IMG/VR virus record: IMGVR_UViG_3300046736_000061
Coordinates: 6,495 to 70,494 of that record
Reading direction: 5' to 3' (one strand)
DNA: 64,000 nucleotides
Source of the DNA: a virus
Shown piece by piece: positions 47,832-56,656 of this stretch. Every line of letters begins with the position of its first letter. Within the stretch, counting starts at the first letter, position 1. Position numbers and translations under genes: made by a program. The notes beneath the pieces are model-generated. The model saw only the letters and a program-made list of their open reading frames with translations. It had not been told where the DNA came from and searched no databases.

Positions 47832-48740
47832 TTATTTTGCCGGTGCTTTTGGTTTCGGTATTTGATATCCGTCCGGTACAACAAACTCCAAAACCGATTC
47901 CGCTCCGCAATAAACAGCAACTTGTAAAAGCGTTCTACCCATCGCTCTTGTTAGTTTCGACAAGTCTTTTACCGGCGTTAATCCATTGGCTTTCAACGTA
48001 GCGCGTACCCAATCTTCAAAATCTAACGACTTCTCATCTGCCCAATTATCAGGAAACTGCGCTTTGATATAACTCCACGTAGTTTCATCTATCGGGTCTG
48101 CGTCATTATGTGCCGCAACTGCCGGTTTAGCCGCTTCTGGTTTTTTAAACGGACTAACTTTTCCCGGTTCTCCCGGATTAACGGTTGGCGGGTCGGGGTC
48201 TTCTTCTAACTCACCTGTAATTAATTTTTCCGTAATGGATTTTTCCTCTACTGGCTTAGGAGCCTCTGCCGGTTTACTTCTTTGAGCAGATGGTATATTA
48301 GCCAACCGCGCAGAAGTTTGTTGCGTTTTTTCTCCCGGTTTTGGCATTGCCGCATTAGCATCATCGTCTTCATCCGTCACTAATCCAAGTATCGCTCCAA
48401 GTGCATAGCGTCTGCCATAAGTAATAAGTGAACCGAGACTTTGCGGGTCTTGTTTTAACTTATTCATTCCTAGTAAACTACTCAACCACTCACCCGATGA
48501 GTGAAGCAAAAGCGTTTCAATCCACAAAATTCCACTATTTGTTTCATCTGGTGCAAACGTTTGAACTACTGAAAGTTCATTCTTAGCCAAAGATTCCCGG
48601 CAAGATTCCCATAGAGAAGTAAGGTCTGCATACTTACTTTTAAAATATGGATTCTCACTATCTTTTGCGGCAGGTTTTAACGAGCCTTGAAAAGCGGCTA
48701 ATGCTTTGGCTAGCTTCCCTAATGTTTCCGAACTCTTCAT
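47832..48740 (-). CDS. ERF-family single-strand annealing protein
   Basis: NPYFKSKYADL, LLHSSGEW, QSLGSLITYGRRYAL, DDDAN. Confidence 0.92.
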   Translation of the reverse strand: MKSSETLGKLAKALAAFQGSLKPAAKDSENPYFKSKYADLTSLWESCRESLAKNELSVVQTFAPDETNSGILWIETLLLHSSGEWLSSLLGMNKLKQDPQSLGSLITYGRRYALGAILGLVTDEDDDANAAMPKPGEKTQQTSARLANIPSAQRSKPAEAPKPVEEKSITEKLITGELEEDPDPPTVNPGEPGKVSPFKKPEAAKPAVAAHNDADPIDETTWSYIKAQFPDNWADEKSLDFEDWVRATLKANGLTPVKDLSKLTRAMGRTLLQVAVYCGAESVLEFVVPDGYQIPKPKAPAK

Positions 48741-48796
48741 TTTATCTCCTTTTATTTTGGAATTAAACTTGCTAACTAGACATAATGTCTACTTAA

Positions 48797-50191
48797 CTAA
48801 TCTGTGGCTTCAATAGCAAACGGCATATTTTCACGTAACGAAACGTCATTGAAAGTTGTGGTTAATATTTCCGTTGGATTGAATCCAAACTTTTGAATTG
48901 CAATAAGCGCATAGATAATTGTATCGGCAAGTTCTACAGTTATGTCTTTAAGCATTTCTTGACCTTCTGGTGTTTTACAAAATCTTTCATACATACCTAC
49001 AGTTGCAAAATCTTCTACCGCCTTACTGAATTTCTTTGCTTTATTAGCCGCTTCTCCCGCCTCTCCACAGACCGCATTTGTCCAACTATCGGGCATCCAA
49101 TTTTTATGCCCACCGAACCCTTGAGGCTTAGGTGCATCGCATCGGTCAAGATTGATTTTAGCAAATTCTTCAATATTTAACTTGCCAAATTCAAGTTGCG
49201 CTTGTTTCTCATAATCTTTAAGCGTTTGGATAACAAACTCGCTTACTAAGTCGCCGCAGCTACCTAGAGACGTTTGTGCAACATAGTCGGCTATTTTCTT
49301 AAATTCTGCGGCTTGCCCCAATATTCCGGGAGAAGTAGACTGATCGTGTATAAATTCAGCCAACAAAACTTTTAATTTTGTCCAACTATTAGGGAATCTC
49401 TTGTTATCTATTGAATCTAAAAATGATTGTGCGGCATTATAATATTCAAGAGGTACGTCTACTTGTGCGGTAAAAACACCAACTTTTTGTGGCCCCGAAT
49501 ATTCATAAAAAGGTTGATATAAACGTTTCGCATCGTTACGAAATTCTGTGCTAAAAACCTCATTGTCAGCAATCGCTATCAAAAAATCCGCCATTGCCTT
49601 TCCTATTTTATATAAGTCTAGTGCTTCCTGCTTATTATTTTGACTAGACATATTGTCTACTTTAAAATCAAATGGCGGTTGATCTTCTGATATTCTAGCC
49701 GGTAACATTTCCGGTTCAACTGTGCTACTTCTATCTTTTTGATGGATTTCACGCACTTCACTAGAAGCAAACACAGTGGCTTGTAAACCACAATTCACGC
49801 AAGCATCTGTATCTTGAGTGTGATGTTGTCCCTGTTGACAGAGTTCATCAAGATTCGGAGCGGCCTTACAAATCTCTTCCTTTAAACCAGATACATCAAT
49901 AGCAACCCAATTATGTTTTGCAATAACGGCGATAAAAGGTTGTGAGTGTCTTTCAATAAGCGCTTCTGGTCTTAACGTGAAGGTAAAAGGCTTAACTAGA
50001 CTATTCGGTAAAATAATTCTTGTTAATTCTATTGTTCCGTCTAGCTTGCCTTCTATCGAAGATAAGATTTTTACTGCCCATTCAAAAGCATCTGGTAAGT
50101 ATGCATCTACTCCCATCGTACAATAATTAATAGGAATAGGATTTACCTTCGTTCCTAAATCGTGTATTTTAAAATTCGCAATGTCCGTCAT
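48797..50191 (-). CDS. Multi-domain protein with C-terminal MazG-like domain
   Basis: GEAGEAANKAKK...ELADTIIY; likely start MTDIANF after AAGGAG/AAGGA; internal palindrome copy 49652. Confidence 0.7.
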   Translation of the reverse strand: MTDIANFKIHDLGTKVNPIPINYCTMGVDAYLPDAFEWAVKILSSIEGKLDGTIELTRIILPNSLVKPFTFTLRPEALIERHSQPFIAVIAKHNWVAIDVSGLKEEICKAAPNLDELCQQGQHHTQDTDACVNCGLQATVFASSEVREIHQKDRSSTVEPEMLPARISEDQPPFDFKVDNMSSQNNKQEALDLYKIGKAMADFLIAIADNEVFSTEFRNDAKRLYQPFYEYSGPQKVGVFTAQVDVPLEYYNAAQSFLDSIDNKRFPNSWTKLKVLLAEFIHDQSTSPGILGQAAEFKKIADYVAQTSLGSCGDLVSEFVIQTLKDYEKQAQLEFGKLNIEEFAKINLDRCDAPKPQGFGGHKNWMPDSWTNAVCGEAGEAANKAKKFSKAVEDFATVGMYERFCKTPEGQEMLKDITVELADTIIYALIAIQKFGFNPTEILTTTFNDVSLRENMPFAIEATD

Positions 50192-50281
50192 TTCCTTTCT
50201 CCTTTTTATTTTATTGAAAGCGGTGAAGCCTCTCCCCAAACTTCACCGCTTATGTTGCACCCACCCTCGATCGTTCTTTAA

Positions 50282-50563
50282 CTAGACATTTTGTCCAGTT
50301 AAAATCTTCCCTTGACCAATAAATTCCGATAATTGCTTTCCGTGTAAATGCTCATTAATAAACATTCGTTCACTTTGAATATGATTAATATCATAAGGAA
50401 TGTTTCGCCTTGTCTGACAAATCATACACATCATAAATCGACCTGTAACAAAATCAAACAATGGAATATGATTAGGTTTGATGGTTTTCTCGTCTTCGGC
50501 TTTCTCTGCGTCCATAACCGCATCTATGAAATCTGATTCTTCTAATGTATCTGTATAGCTCAT
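50282..50563 (-). CDS. Hypothetical protein
   Basis: 93 aa, CMIC; ends reading through palindrome copy 50290. Confidence 0.6.
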   Translation of the reverse strand: MSYTDTLEESDFIDAVMDAEKAEDEKTIKPNHIPLFDFVTGRFMMCMICQTRRNIPYDINHIQSERMFINEHLHGKQLSEFIGQGKILTGQNV

Positions 50564-50757
50564 TTATTATCCCTATATAAAACGAAGGAAAGGAAAGCAG
50601 TTCACAAACCTTCCCTTCGTAGTTTATTCGCCATGCACACAGCGAATCTTAAATTAGCGGACGTTTTTACGGCTCCCGTAGGGATATTCTATTAGTACGT
50701 TTATAGAGCCTATAGCGAATACATCCAAAATACCCATCAGATGTAAGCCGTCCGGTC

Positions 50758-50916
50758 TTAATTTGTATACCAACTAACAATTTCTTCTAATGCTTCTGTG
50801 CCATTATGTTCGGCCATTGCTCTATCAAATTCGGTTTTCTTTTGTTCCCAACTTCCCGGCAAGTCTAAAATTTCATTTAATAATTCTGCAAGTTTCGCCC
50901 AATCCTCTTCATTCAT
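50758..50916 (-). CDS. Small acidic hypothetical protein (52 aa)
   Basis: Hand-translated MNEEDWAKLAELLNEILDLPGSWEQKK...VSWYTN. Confidence 0.55.
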   Translation of the reverse strand: MNEEDWAKLAELLNEILDLPGSWEQKKTEFDRAMAEHNGTEALEEIVSWYTN

Positions 50917-51242
50917 AATTTTATTAGGGTCACTCCAGAAAGCCGATTAACTAAGTTTCCGTTGGCGCGGTTTAATTTAATTAACTGCCCCGACTTCCTA
51001 GAGTGTTAAGAAAAGATACACGGCAACAACTTGGCGCTAAAAGCTATATCTTTTCATTTTGCGGTCAACTTACTCCGCTCAGCCTAACGACTTCTATTAC
51101 CTTATTACCGTAAAGTATTTTCGGATAGAAACAACAAAGAAAACTACCAGTAGAAGTCATTCACTCGTTTACTAGACATTATGTCCAGTTAAATTCCTCT
51201 CCAACGTGGCTTAGCCATCCATATTACCTCACTATTAAATTC

Positions 51243-51263
51243 GACGCTTTAGCGTCTGTTCTA
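51243..51263 (-). repeat. Second motif copy: TAGAACA-GACGCT-AA-AGCGTC
   Basis: Reverse complement of GACGCTTTAGCGTCTGTTCTA; compensatory change relative to 25541 copy. Confidence 0.7.
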
Positions 51264-51458
51264 AGGTTCCAACCCAACCTCTAGGCTTTAATTACAAGGC
51301 GAGGAAGGCGGTTTGTTTCTGATGAATCAGTGTCTATTATTTCCACCGCTTAACAACAAGATAGACAGGTATTATTTCTTCCTCGCTCTTGCTTTAACTA
51401 GACTTAATGTCCAGTTAAACTTATTAAATTGTCAAACTCTTTCTCAACTACTAATACA

Positions 51459-51487
51459 ATTATACCACATCTAAATTCTAATGTCAA
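51459..51487 (-). promoter_or_regulatory. Consensus sigma70 promoter (leftward)
   Basis: TTGACA-17 bp-TATAAT with TG extension on - strand. Confidence 0.88.
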
Positions 51488-51503
51488 GTTTTTGGCTAAA
51501 AAA

Positions 51504-51532
51504 GTGACATTATGTGAAAAATATGCTATAAT
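51504..51532 (+). promoter_or_regulatory. sigma70 promoter (rightward, divergent)
   Basis: GTGACA-17 bp-TATAAT with TG extension; -35 inside degenerate palindrome GTGACATTATGTGA. Confidence 0.75.
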
Positions 51533-51565
51533 TATATTAATAAGTAAGGAGAATAACTAGACATA

Positions 51566-51769
51566 ATGTCCATTCAAATGAAATTTTACCATTGCGAACT
51601 TTGTACGGCGTCTTGTACGTTTGAGGCTATGCAATACTGTGCTAGTCGGGACGATAAAGAAACGCCTTGTCCTACATTACAATTACTTGAAGAAGGAAAG
51701 ATAACGGATATGCGTCCCACTGATTTTGACCCAACTTTTCCATCTGAATTTACTTATACATCATTATAA
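51566..51769 (+). CDS. Cys-rich hypothetical protein
   Basis: AAGGAG RBS; ATG in palindrome copy 51565. Confidence 0.6.
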   Translation: MSIQMKFYHCELCTASCTFEAMQYCASRDDKETPCPTLQLLEEGKITDMRPTDFDPTFPSEFTYTSL

Positions 51770-52555
51770 ATGCCAAAACTCTTCACATTTGACGGATATA
51801 AAAATATACCTTCCAAACCAGACCCGATATTTCGATTGAAGGAACTTAGTCTTAACTGGACAATACGTCTACTTGACTATCGCACGTATGCACCTGATTC
51901 AATTAACTCCTTTAAAGGCTTTGACCCAATACTACCGCTGATAAATTCATTAGATAAGTCATATAAAAATTTAATGAACTTGATTTCGTTAGATGATTTT
52001 ATTTGGGAAAAGTTAATGAAGTCCTGTAAAGATAAACAAGGCGATTATTACTGTGTTCAATTCAATCCTTTTATATTATCGGATATAAATAAATCACATT
52101 TAACATCAATCCCTTTGTCTTATAAGGAAAGAACCTATCACGTATCGCCACCTTTGTATTACGATCAATATAAAATTAAAACTTTAATTTCTAAGCCGTT
52201 TTGGGCTAAAATAGAAAAAGATATATTTGGTCATTCTACTATAATTGTAAATGAAGATGATACAGATAGTTACTTCGGATATTTGAAACCAAAGAACGAA
52301 GAACCTCAAACAATGTATCCTGTATTTGCTCAACCGTTTTTAGGGTTTCAAAAAGAATATAAAGTGCCGCCTCTTTTACATAGATGGGCGATTGATGTAA
52401 GGGAAGAAGAATTAATACGCAAATACGGATTCTCTGATAAGTATTTCGAGTCTTTATCTATCGAAGACTTCTTTGCTTTGTATGAAACGAATTTTACTAC
52501 TCAATGGAATACATTGAAGGGATTATTACATTATTGGGGGAAGATGGATATTTAA
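51770..52555 (+). CDS. Hypothetical protein
   Basis: 261 aa; degenerate internal palindrome copy 51864. Confidence 0.65.
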   Translation: MPKLFTFDGYKNIPSKPDPIFRLKELSLNWTIRLLDYRTYAPDSINSFKGFDPILPLINSLDKSYKNLMNLISLDDFIWEKLMKSCKDKQGDYYCVQFNPFILSDINKSHLTSIPLSYKERTYHVSPPLYYDQYKIKTLISKPFWAKIEKDIFGHSTIIVNEDDTDSYFGYLKPKNEEPQTMYPVFAQPFLGFQKEYKVPPLLHRWAIDVREEELIRKYGFSDKYFESLSIEDFFALYETNFTTQWNTLKGLLHYWGKMDI

Positions 52556-52595
52556 TTAATTTACCCTTTTAACTAGACATTATGTCCACTCACAT

Positions 52596-53312
52596 ATGAA
52601 GTACATGGGAAGCAAGGCAAGATTTGCAAAAGAAATACTTGCTATTACATTAAAAGATAGGACAGAAGGCCAATACTATGTTGAGCCTTTTGTTGGTGGT
52701 TGTAATATTATCGACAAGGTAGATGGTTTAAGAATAGGCGCTGATGTAAATAAATACTTAATCGCTATGTGGCAAAAGCTACAGTCTGGTTGGATTCCAG
52801 AATTAGAAATTAGCCAAGAAGATTATAACGAAGTTTTTCAAGACTATAAAAACAAGACCGATATTTTCCCTGATTATTATAAAGGCTATATTGGATTTAG
52901 CGGAAGTTATAATGGAAGATTTTTTGCAGGATATAGTGGGGAAGTTTTAACTAAGACTGGCATAATACGAAACTATACAGCAGAGTCTTGCCGTAGTATT
53001 ATACAGCAAGTCCCTTTGATTCAAGGCATAGATTTTCAGTGTTGTGATTTTCGGTCTTTAGTAATACCGCGTAACTCAATTATTTACTGCGACATCCCTT
53101 ATCAAGATAGCACTAAATACGAAAAAGATTTCCCACATAAATATTTTTGGAAGTGGTGTATTAAACAAAAAAGATTGGGGCATCAAATATTCGTTTCCGA
53201 ATACTCTGCCCCTTCAGATTTTACTTGTGTATGGGAAACAAAAACGGTAAGTCAAATAACTCGAACGGTGAAAATGAACTATAATACAGAGAGATTGTTT
53301 ACGTTAATTTAA
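52596..53312 (+). CDS. D12-class (Dam-like) DNA adenine methyltransferase
   Basis: YMGSK, YYVEPFVGG, IYCDIPY, FVSEY. Confidence 0.88.
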   Translation: MKYMGSKARFAKEILAITLKDRTEGQYYVEPFVGGCNIIDKVDGLRIGADVNKYLIAMWQKLQSGWIPELEISQEDYNEVFQDYKNKTDIFPDYYKGYIGFSGSYNGRFFAGYSGEVLTKTGIIRNYTAESCRSIIQQVPLIQGIDFQCCDFRSLVIPRNSIIYCDIPYQDSTKYEKDFPHKYFWKWCIKQKRLGHQIFVSEYSAPSDFTCVWETKTVSQITRTVKMNYNTERLFTLI

Positions 53313-53329
53313 GTAGACATTATGTCTAG

Positions 53330-53950
53330 CTATAATCCGATCGCCGCCGCAATTCCTACTCCTATCAATACATCACCAATCTTAGATAGAATACCTTTCT
53401 TTTTCGCTTTCTTAAGTTCTACAATTTCCTTATCCTTCAAAGCAATAATATTCTCGTAGGTTTTAAAAATCTCTTGATCTTTTTCGGTTACTGCTTTTAG
53501 CAAATTAACGGAGTTTTGATTCTCTGCATTAATATCCTTATGGACTTGAATGACCGATTTAAAATCTTCGGCTTGCGCTCGTAAGGCTTTAATCACATCA
53601 TCTTGAGCCTTGATAAGTAATCTACTAGCCTCTACTTCCCTTGCCGCCTTAGCACACAAATCGTCTGTAACGTCTCGGGATAGTGGAAAGGTACTAGGGG
53701 TAGAGTAATAATTTACGGCGTCTGTAACAGGCGTTTCTGCGTCTGTAACAGGCACTCTAGGGGCTATGGCTACTCTGTTTTTAGCGGCATTGGGCCGGTG
53801 GGACGTTGTAGAGTTCGCAGAGTTTGTTTCGGAGTTCGTCTTTTGACATTGGACTGGTATCGCCCATAATGCGATTATAAGCGTCAGTAGCGGTAGATAA
53901 AGATTTGTCGGTTGCGAGAACCTTTTCACTTGAAATTGTAAGTAACGCAT
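53330..53950 (-). CDS. Putative o-spanin-like/exported coiled-coil protein
   Basis: Signal-like LPLLTLIIALWAIPVQC; overlaps upstream gene; hydrophobic C-terminus. Confidence 0.5.
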   Translation of the reverse strand: MRYLQFQVKRFSQPTNLYLPLLTLIIALWAIPVQCQKTNSETNSANSTTSHRPNAAKNRVAIAPRVPVTDAETPVTDAVNYYSTPSTFPLSRDVTDDLCAKAAREVEASRLLIKAQDDVIKALRAQAEDFKSVIQVHKDINAENQNSVNLLKAVTEKDQEIFKTYENIIALKDKEIVELKKAKKKGILSKIGDVLIGVGIAAAIGL

Positions 53951-54212
53951 TTTTTTGATCTAACTCCCTATTTAATTGTTCAACTTTTCCTTGAGATTGA
54001 TTAACGGCATCGACGAGTTTTTGTCTCTGAACTAAAGACTCTTCTTTTTCTTTTTGCTCGTTTGCAATTTGCCGTTCCAGATTCCAAATTTTAGCGGCAC
54101 TCCAAGTATTACTAAATAAGCCGTAAAGATTGATTCCTATGATAAGAGTGATTACTCCTGCCCAAATTGGATACTTTTTAATCCATACTACGATATCTGC
54201 AAGTATGTTCAT
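53781..54212 (-). CDS. Putative i-spanin-like protein
   Basis: N-terminal TM then coiled coil; directly after endolysin. Confidence 0.6.
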   Translation of the reverse strand: MNILADIVVWIKKYPIWAGVITLIIGINLYGLFSNTWSAAKIWNLERQIANEQKEKEESLVQRQKLVDAVNQSQGKVEQLNRELDQKNALLTISSEKVLATDKSLSTATDAYNRIMGDTSPMSKDELRNKLCELYNVPPAQCR

Positions 54213-54245
54213 TTGTTCCTCCTTTTAAGTGGACATAATGTCTAG

Positions 54246-55355
54246 TTAAGCTCTCCGAACTACACTAAATCCCGCGGCTTCCCATTGAGCAATTTTCTCG
54301 GGAGTAAACTCTTCCACAGAAATACTATTAGTAGGTGTGGCATTTGCCACTACCATTGTATTGGTTCTAATGCGCCCAAGTATCCACTTTACCCACGGTA
54401 CAACTTTAATTGCTACAAAGTGATAGACAACCCATGTAGCAATACCGCCTAAGACAATCCAAAAAAGAATACTCCAAGTTTTATTGGATATTCCTAATGT
54501 TTGTGCTTGCTGTGCTTTTTCAATAACCACTTCTGTACCACCAACGGCTGTAAAAGCGGCAACTACTTTTTGCCACAAAGGAGCAAAAAACCCCTTAGGC
54601 TTTTCTTCTGTTAAAGGCGCTTCCTTCTCGATGATAACCTTATCAACTGTAGGTGTTACAGCCGGTGGCGGAATTAACGAATTCTCAACATCGTCCAACG
54701 GAATGTCAACAGGTTGCCCCGATACAAAATTCGCTATTGCGTCTTCGTGAAACGCCTCTGCTTCTGCTAAAATTTTCTTGCAATCCACAGCGGCAAAGTC
54801 TTTTTTACCATTAAAGATTTTTGTATCGTATGAATTAGATTTGTAATCAGCACCATTATAGCCTTTAGCAAAAGCGGCGCAATCTTTCAAAGTTCCGCGT
54901 TTCAATTCGTCGTCTAAGCCACGATGTTTCACAAGACGGCAGAAAGCTATCAGTTGATTATTCTCTCCCTCTTTAAGAAAGTTTACAAAATCGTGAACGT
55001 TATCAAAACCCGCCTCTTCGTGAGTGAAGCCCATCGGTTGAAACTTACCCCAAGAAGTTGCTAAGAGCGCCGCTGTAGGGTCTACACGAAAGGCAATACT
55101 AAATTCGGGATAGCCGTGTTTTTTGCTTCTTTGAATTGAATAAGGGTAAGAAATTTGAGGATGGCTAGTATCGTATTTACCACCGGTAAACGATCGAAAT
55201 TTATGGCCTTCAAACCGTATTTTAATCCGTCCGTCTGATAAAAATCCGTCCCCTGCACTTTCAGTACGAGCGACCGATTTCATAATAGGAACGCCGCAAC
55301 CCAATTCATTCGCCGCCCAACAATAACCTGCATCGGTCAATTTTTTATTCGTCAT
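54246..55355 (-). CDS. Endolysin, DUF3380-type N-acetylmuramidase with C-terminal TM
   Basis: ESAGDGF, RFEGHKF, SWGKFQPMGF, FAKGYNG..Y..NSYD. Confidence 0.9.
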   Translation of the reverse strand: MTNKKLTDAGYCWAANELGCGVPIMKSVARTESAGDGFLSDGRIKIRFEGHKFRSFTGGKYDTSHPQISYPYSIQRSKKHGYPEFSIAFRVDPTAALLATSWGKFQPMGFTHEEAGFDNVHDFVNFLKEGENNQLIAFCRLVKHRGLDDELKRGTLKDCAAFAKGYNGADYKSNSYDTKIFNGKKDFAAVDCKKILAEAEAFHEDAIANFVSGQPVDIPLDDVENSLIPPPAVTPTVDKVIIEKEAPLTEEKPKGFFAPLWQKVVAAFTAVGGTEVVIEKAQQAQTLGISNKTWSILFWIVLGGIATWVVYHFVAIKVVPWVKWILGRIRTNTMVVANATPTNSISVEEFTPEKIAQWEAAGFSVVRRA

Positions 55356-55403
55356 ATATTAATTCTCTCTTAATTTTAAGTTTTAAGTAGACATTATGTC
55401 TAG

Positions 55404-55778
55404 CTATCCGTCTCGTAGATTTTTCACGATTTGATTAAAATTCTGATGCGTACAAGGATTGACTATAAAGTAATCCTCAATCTTTGTCAAGAATTTAGGC
55501 GTTTTGGCATTTACTTGACTAGGGGTAAATCTTAATAATCGCCAACCTTCAATAGCTAAACGATTGTATTTTTCCATATCACGGATAAATCTATTAGATT
55601 TTTGATGTCCGAATCCTTCAATTTCGATTGCTAACTTACAGCAGATGACCGCTATGTCAAATTCCCATCTACGTTGTCCACATAAAAACATATGATCGGG
55701 AATAAATAAAATTCCTTGACGTGCGAATCGTTTATTTATTATTTCGAGAACTTCGGGGTATTGTGTTTGAGTGGGCAT
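55404..55778 (-). CDS. DUF559/Vsr-like endonuclease
   Basis: RRWEFDIA...AIEIEG..H...DMEKYN...GWRLLRFT. Confidence 0.85.
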   Translation of the reverse strand: MPTQTQYPEVLEIINKRFARQGILFIPDHMFLCGQRRWEFDIAVICCKLAIEIEGFGHQKSNRFIRDMEKYNRLAIEGWRLLRFTPSQVNAKTPKFLTKIEDYFIVNPCTHQNFNQIVKNLRDG

Positions 55779-55783
55779 AATGT

Positions 55784-56098
55784 CTAGCTATTCTCTACTT
55801 CTTTCCAAAAACTACCTAAATACTTTCTCAACTTCTCATCATTGGTAGTGGTGGCAAGATAAGGAAAATCAGCTCTAGGCTCTCGAATAATATAATTCCC
55901 TGTTTCCAATACTTGCCATTGGCCTTGTGATAATTGCAGTTCTATTTCTTTCCTTTCCTTGTTAGCATAAACGTTTCGTCGAGCATTGGAATAACAGAAA
56001 TCTAAAATTTCTTGAATGTTATCTCCGTCAAATTGAATGATCTTTACCTGTTGGGGCTTCTCTTCAAAAGTTGTAATTTTATTGTATTTGATTTCCAT
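55784..56098 (-). CDS. Conserved phage hypothetical protein
   Basis: IQFDGDNIQEI...GNYIIRE. Confidence 0.65.
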   Translation of the reverse strand: MEIKYNKITTFEEKPQQVKIIQFDGDNIQEILDFCYSNARRNVYANKERKEIELQLSQGQWQVLETGNYIIREPRADFPYLATTTNDEKLRKYLGSFWKEVENS

Positions 56099-56119
56099 AA
56101 TTTTAAGTGGACATAATGT

Positions 56120-56320
56120 CTAGTTATTTTCAATTGTTAAAATAGAATATACGTTATCACGCATTTCTTGTACCACTTCTCGACGAACCATATCTAATAA
56201 CTCATCGTCAGTAGTGCTTGGCTCAATGTCATCAAATACAATGGATAAGCACTTATGTACCCATTCCGGGCCCACACCTTTCCTTATAGAGACTTCTACT
56301 TCAAACGTAAACATTGCCAT
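56120..56320 (-). CDS. Hypothetical protein
   Basis: 66 aa. Confidence 0.55.
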   Translation of the reverse strand: MAMFTFEVEVSIRKGVGPEWVHKCLSIVFDDIEPSTTDDELLDMVRREVVQEMRDNVYSILTIENN

Positions 56321-56331
56321 ATTATTAGAAA

Positions 56332-56366
56332 GAAAAATCCCGAAGAAAGATTGTACTCTCTTCGGG
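56332..56366 (-). terminator. Intrinsic terminator after HTH gene
   Basis: CCCGAAGA...TCTTCGGG with U tract on - strand. Confidence 0.5.
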
Positions 56367-56400
56367 TGGAGAAGGGGAAATGACGCCCCTGCATGAAAAT

Positions 56401-56649
56401 TTAACTTAATAACATTATATTCTTATTTCGCTTTTTACGCAATTCATTGATGTAGATAAGGCCGTTAGCTAAATCGAAGTTCAAAACTTTCTCGTAAAAC
56501 TGTCTGATTTTAGGCGTAACTTCGTCGCTTGTTTCGTAGCGGTGAATAGTTGTCGGGCTAATGTTGCCGATCTTGGCTAAATCTTCTTGAGTGTTATAGC
56601 CGTAAACCATTCGCAAAATTGCTAGATGTTCTCCCTTAATCTCTTCCAT
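56401..56649 (-). CDS. XRE-family HTH protein
   Basis: LAILRMVYGYNTQEDLAKIGNISPTTIHRYE. Confidence 0.82.
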   Translation of the reverse strand: MEEIKGEHLAILRMVYGYNTQEDLAKIGNISPTTIHRYETSDEVTPKIRQFYEKVLNFDLANGLIYINELRKKRNKNIMLLS

Positions 56650-56656
56650 AAAAATA

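Larger units (their letters stand above)
50580..51450 (-). ncRNA. Mostly non-coding region with multiple stem-closed elements under a consensus promoter
   Basis: Stems 50582/50620, 50626/50647, 50669/50751, 50931/51005, 51010/51055, 51089/51158, 51299/51386. Confidence 0.35.

Noticed and set aside
50580-51450. tRNA cluster
   Set aside because: No T-loop GTTCRA in a cloverleaf context found on either strand; GGTTCCAACC at 51265 is part of a simple hairpin.
53718-53753. Direct repeat GCGTCTGTAACAGGC, two copies
   Set aside because: In-frame 21-bp-period duplication encoding PVTDA twice in a linker; an ordinary slippage event.
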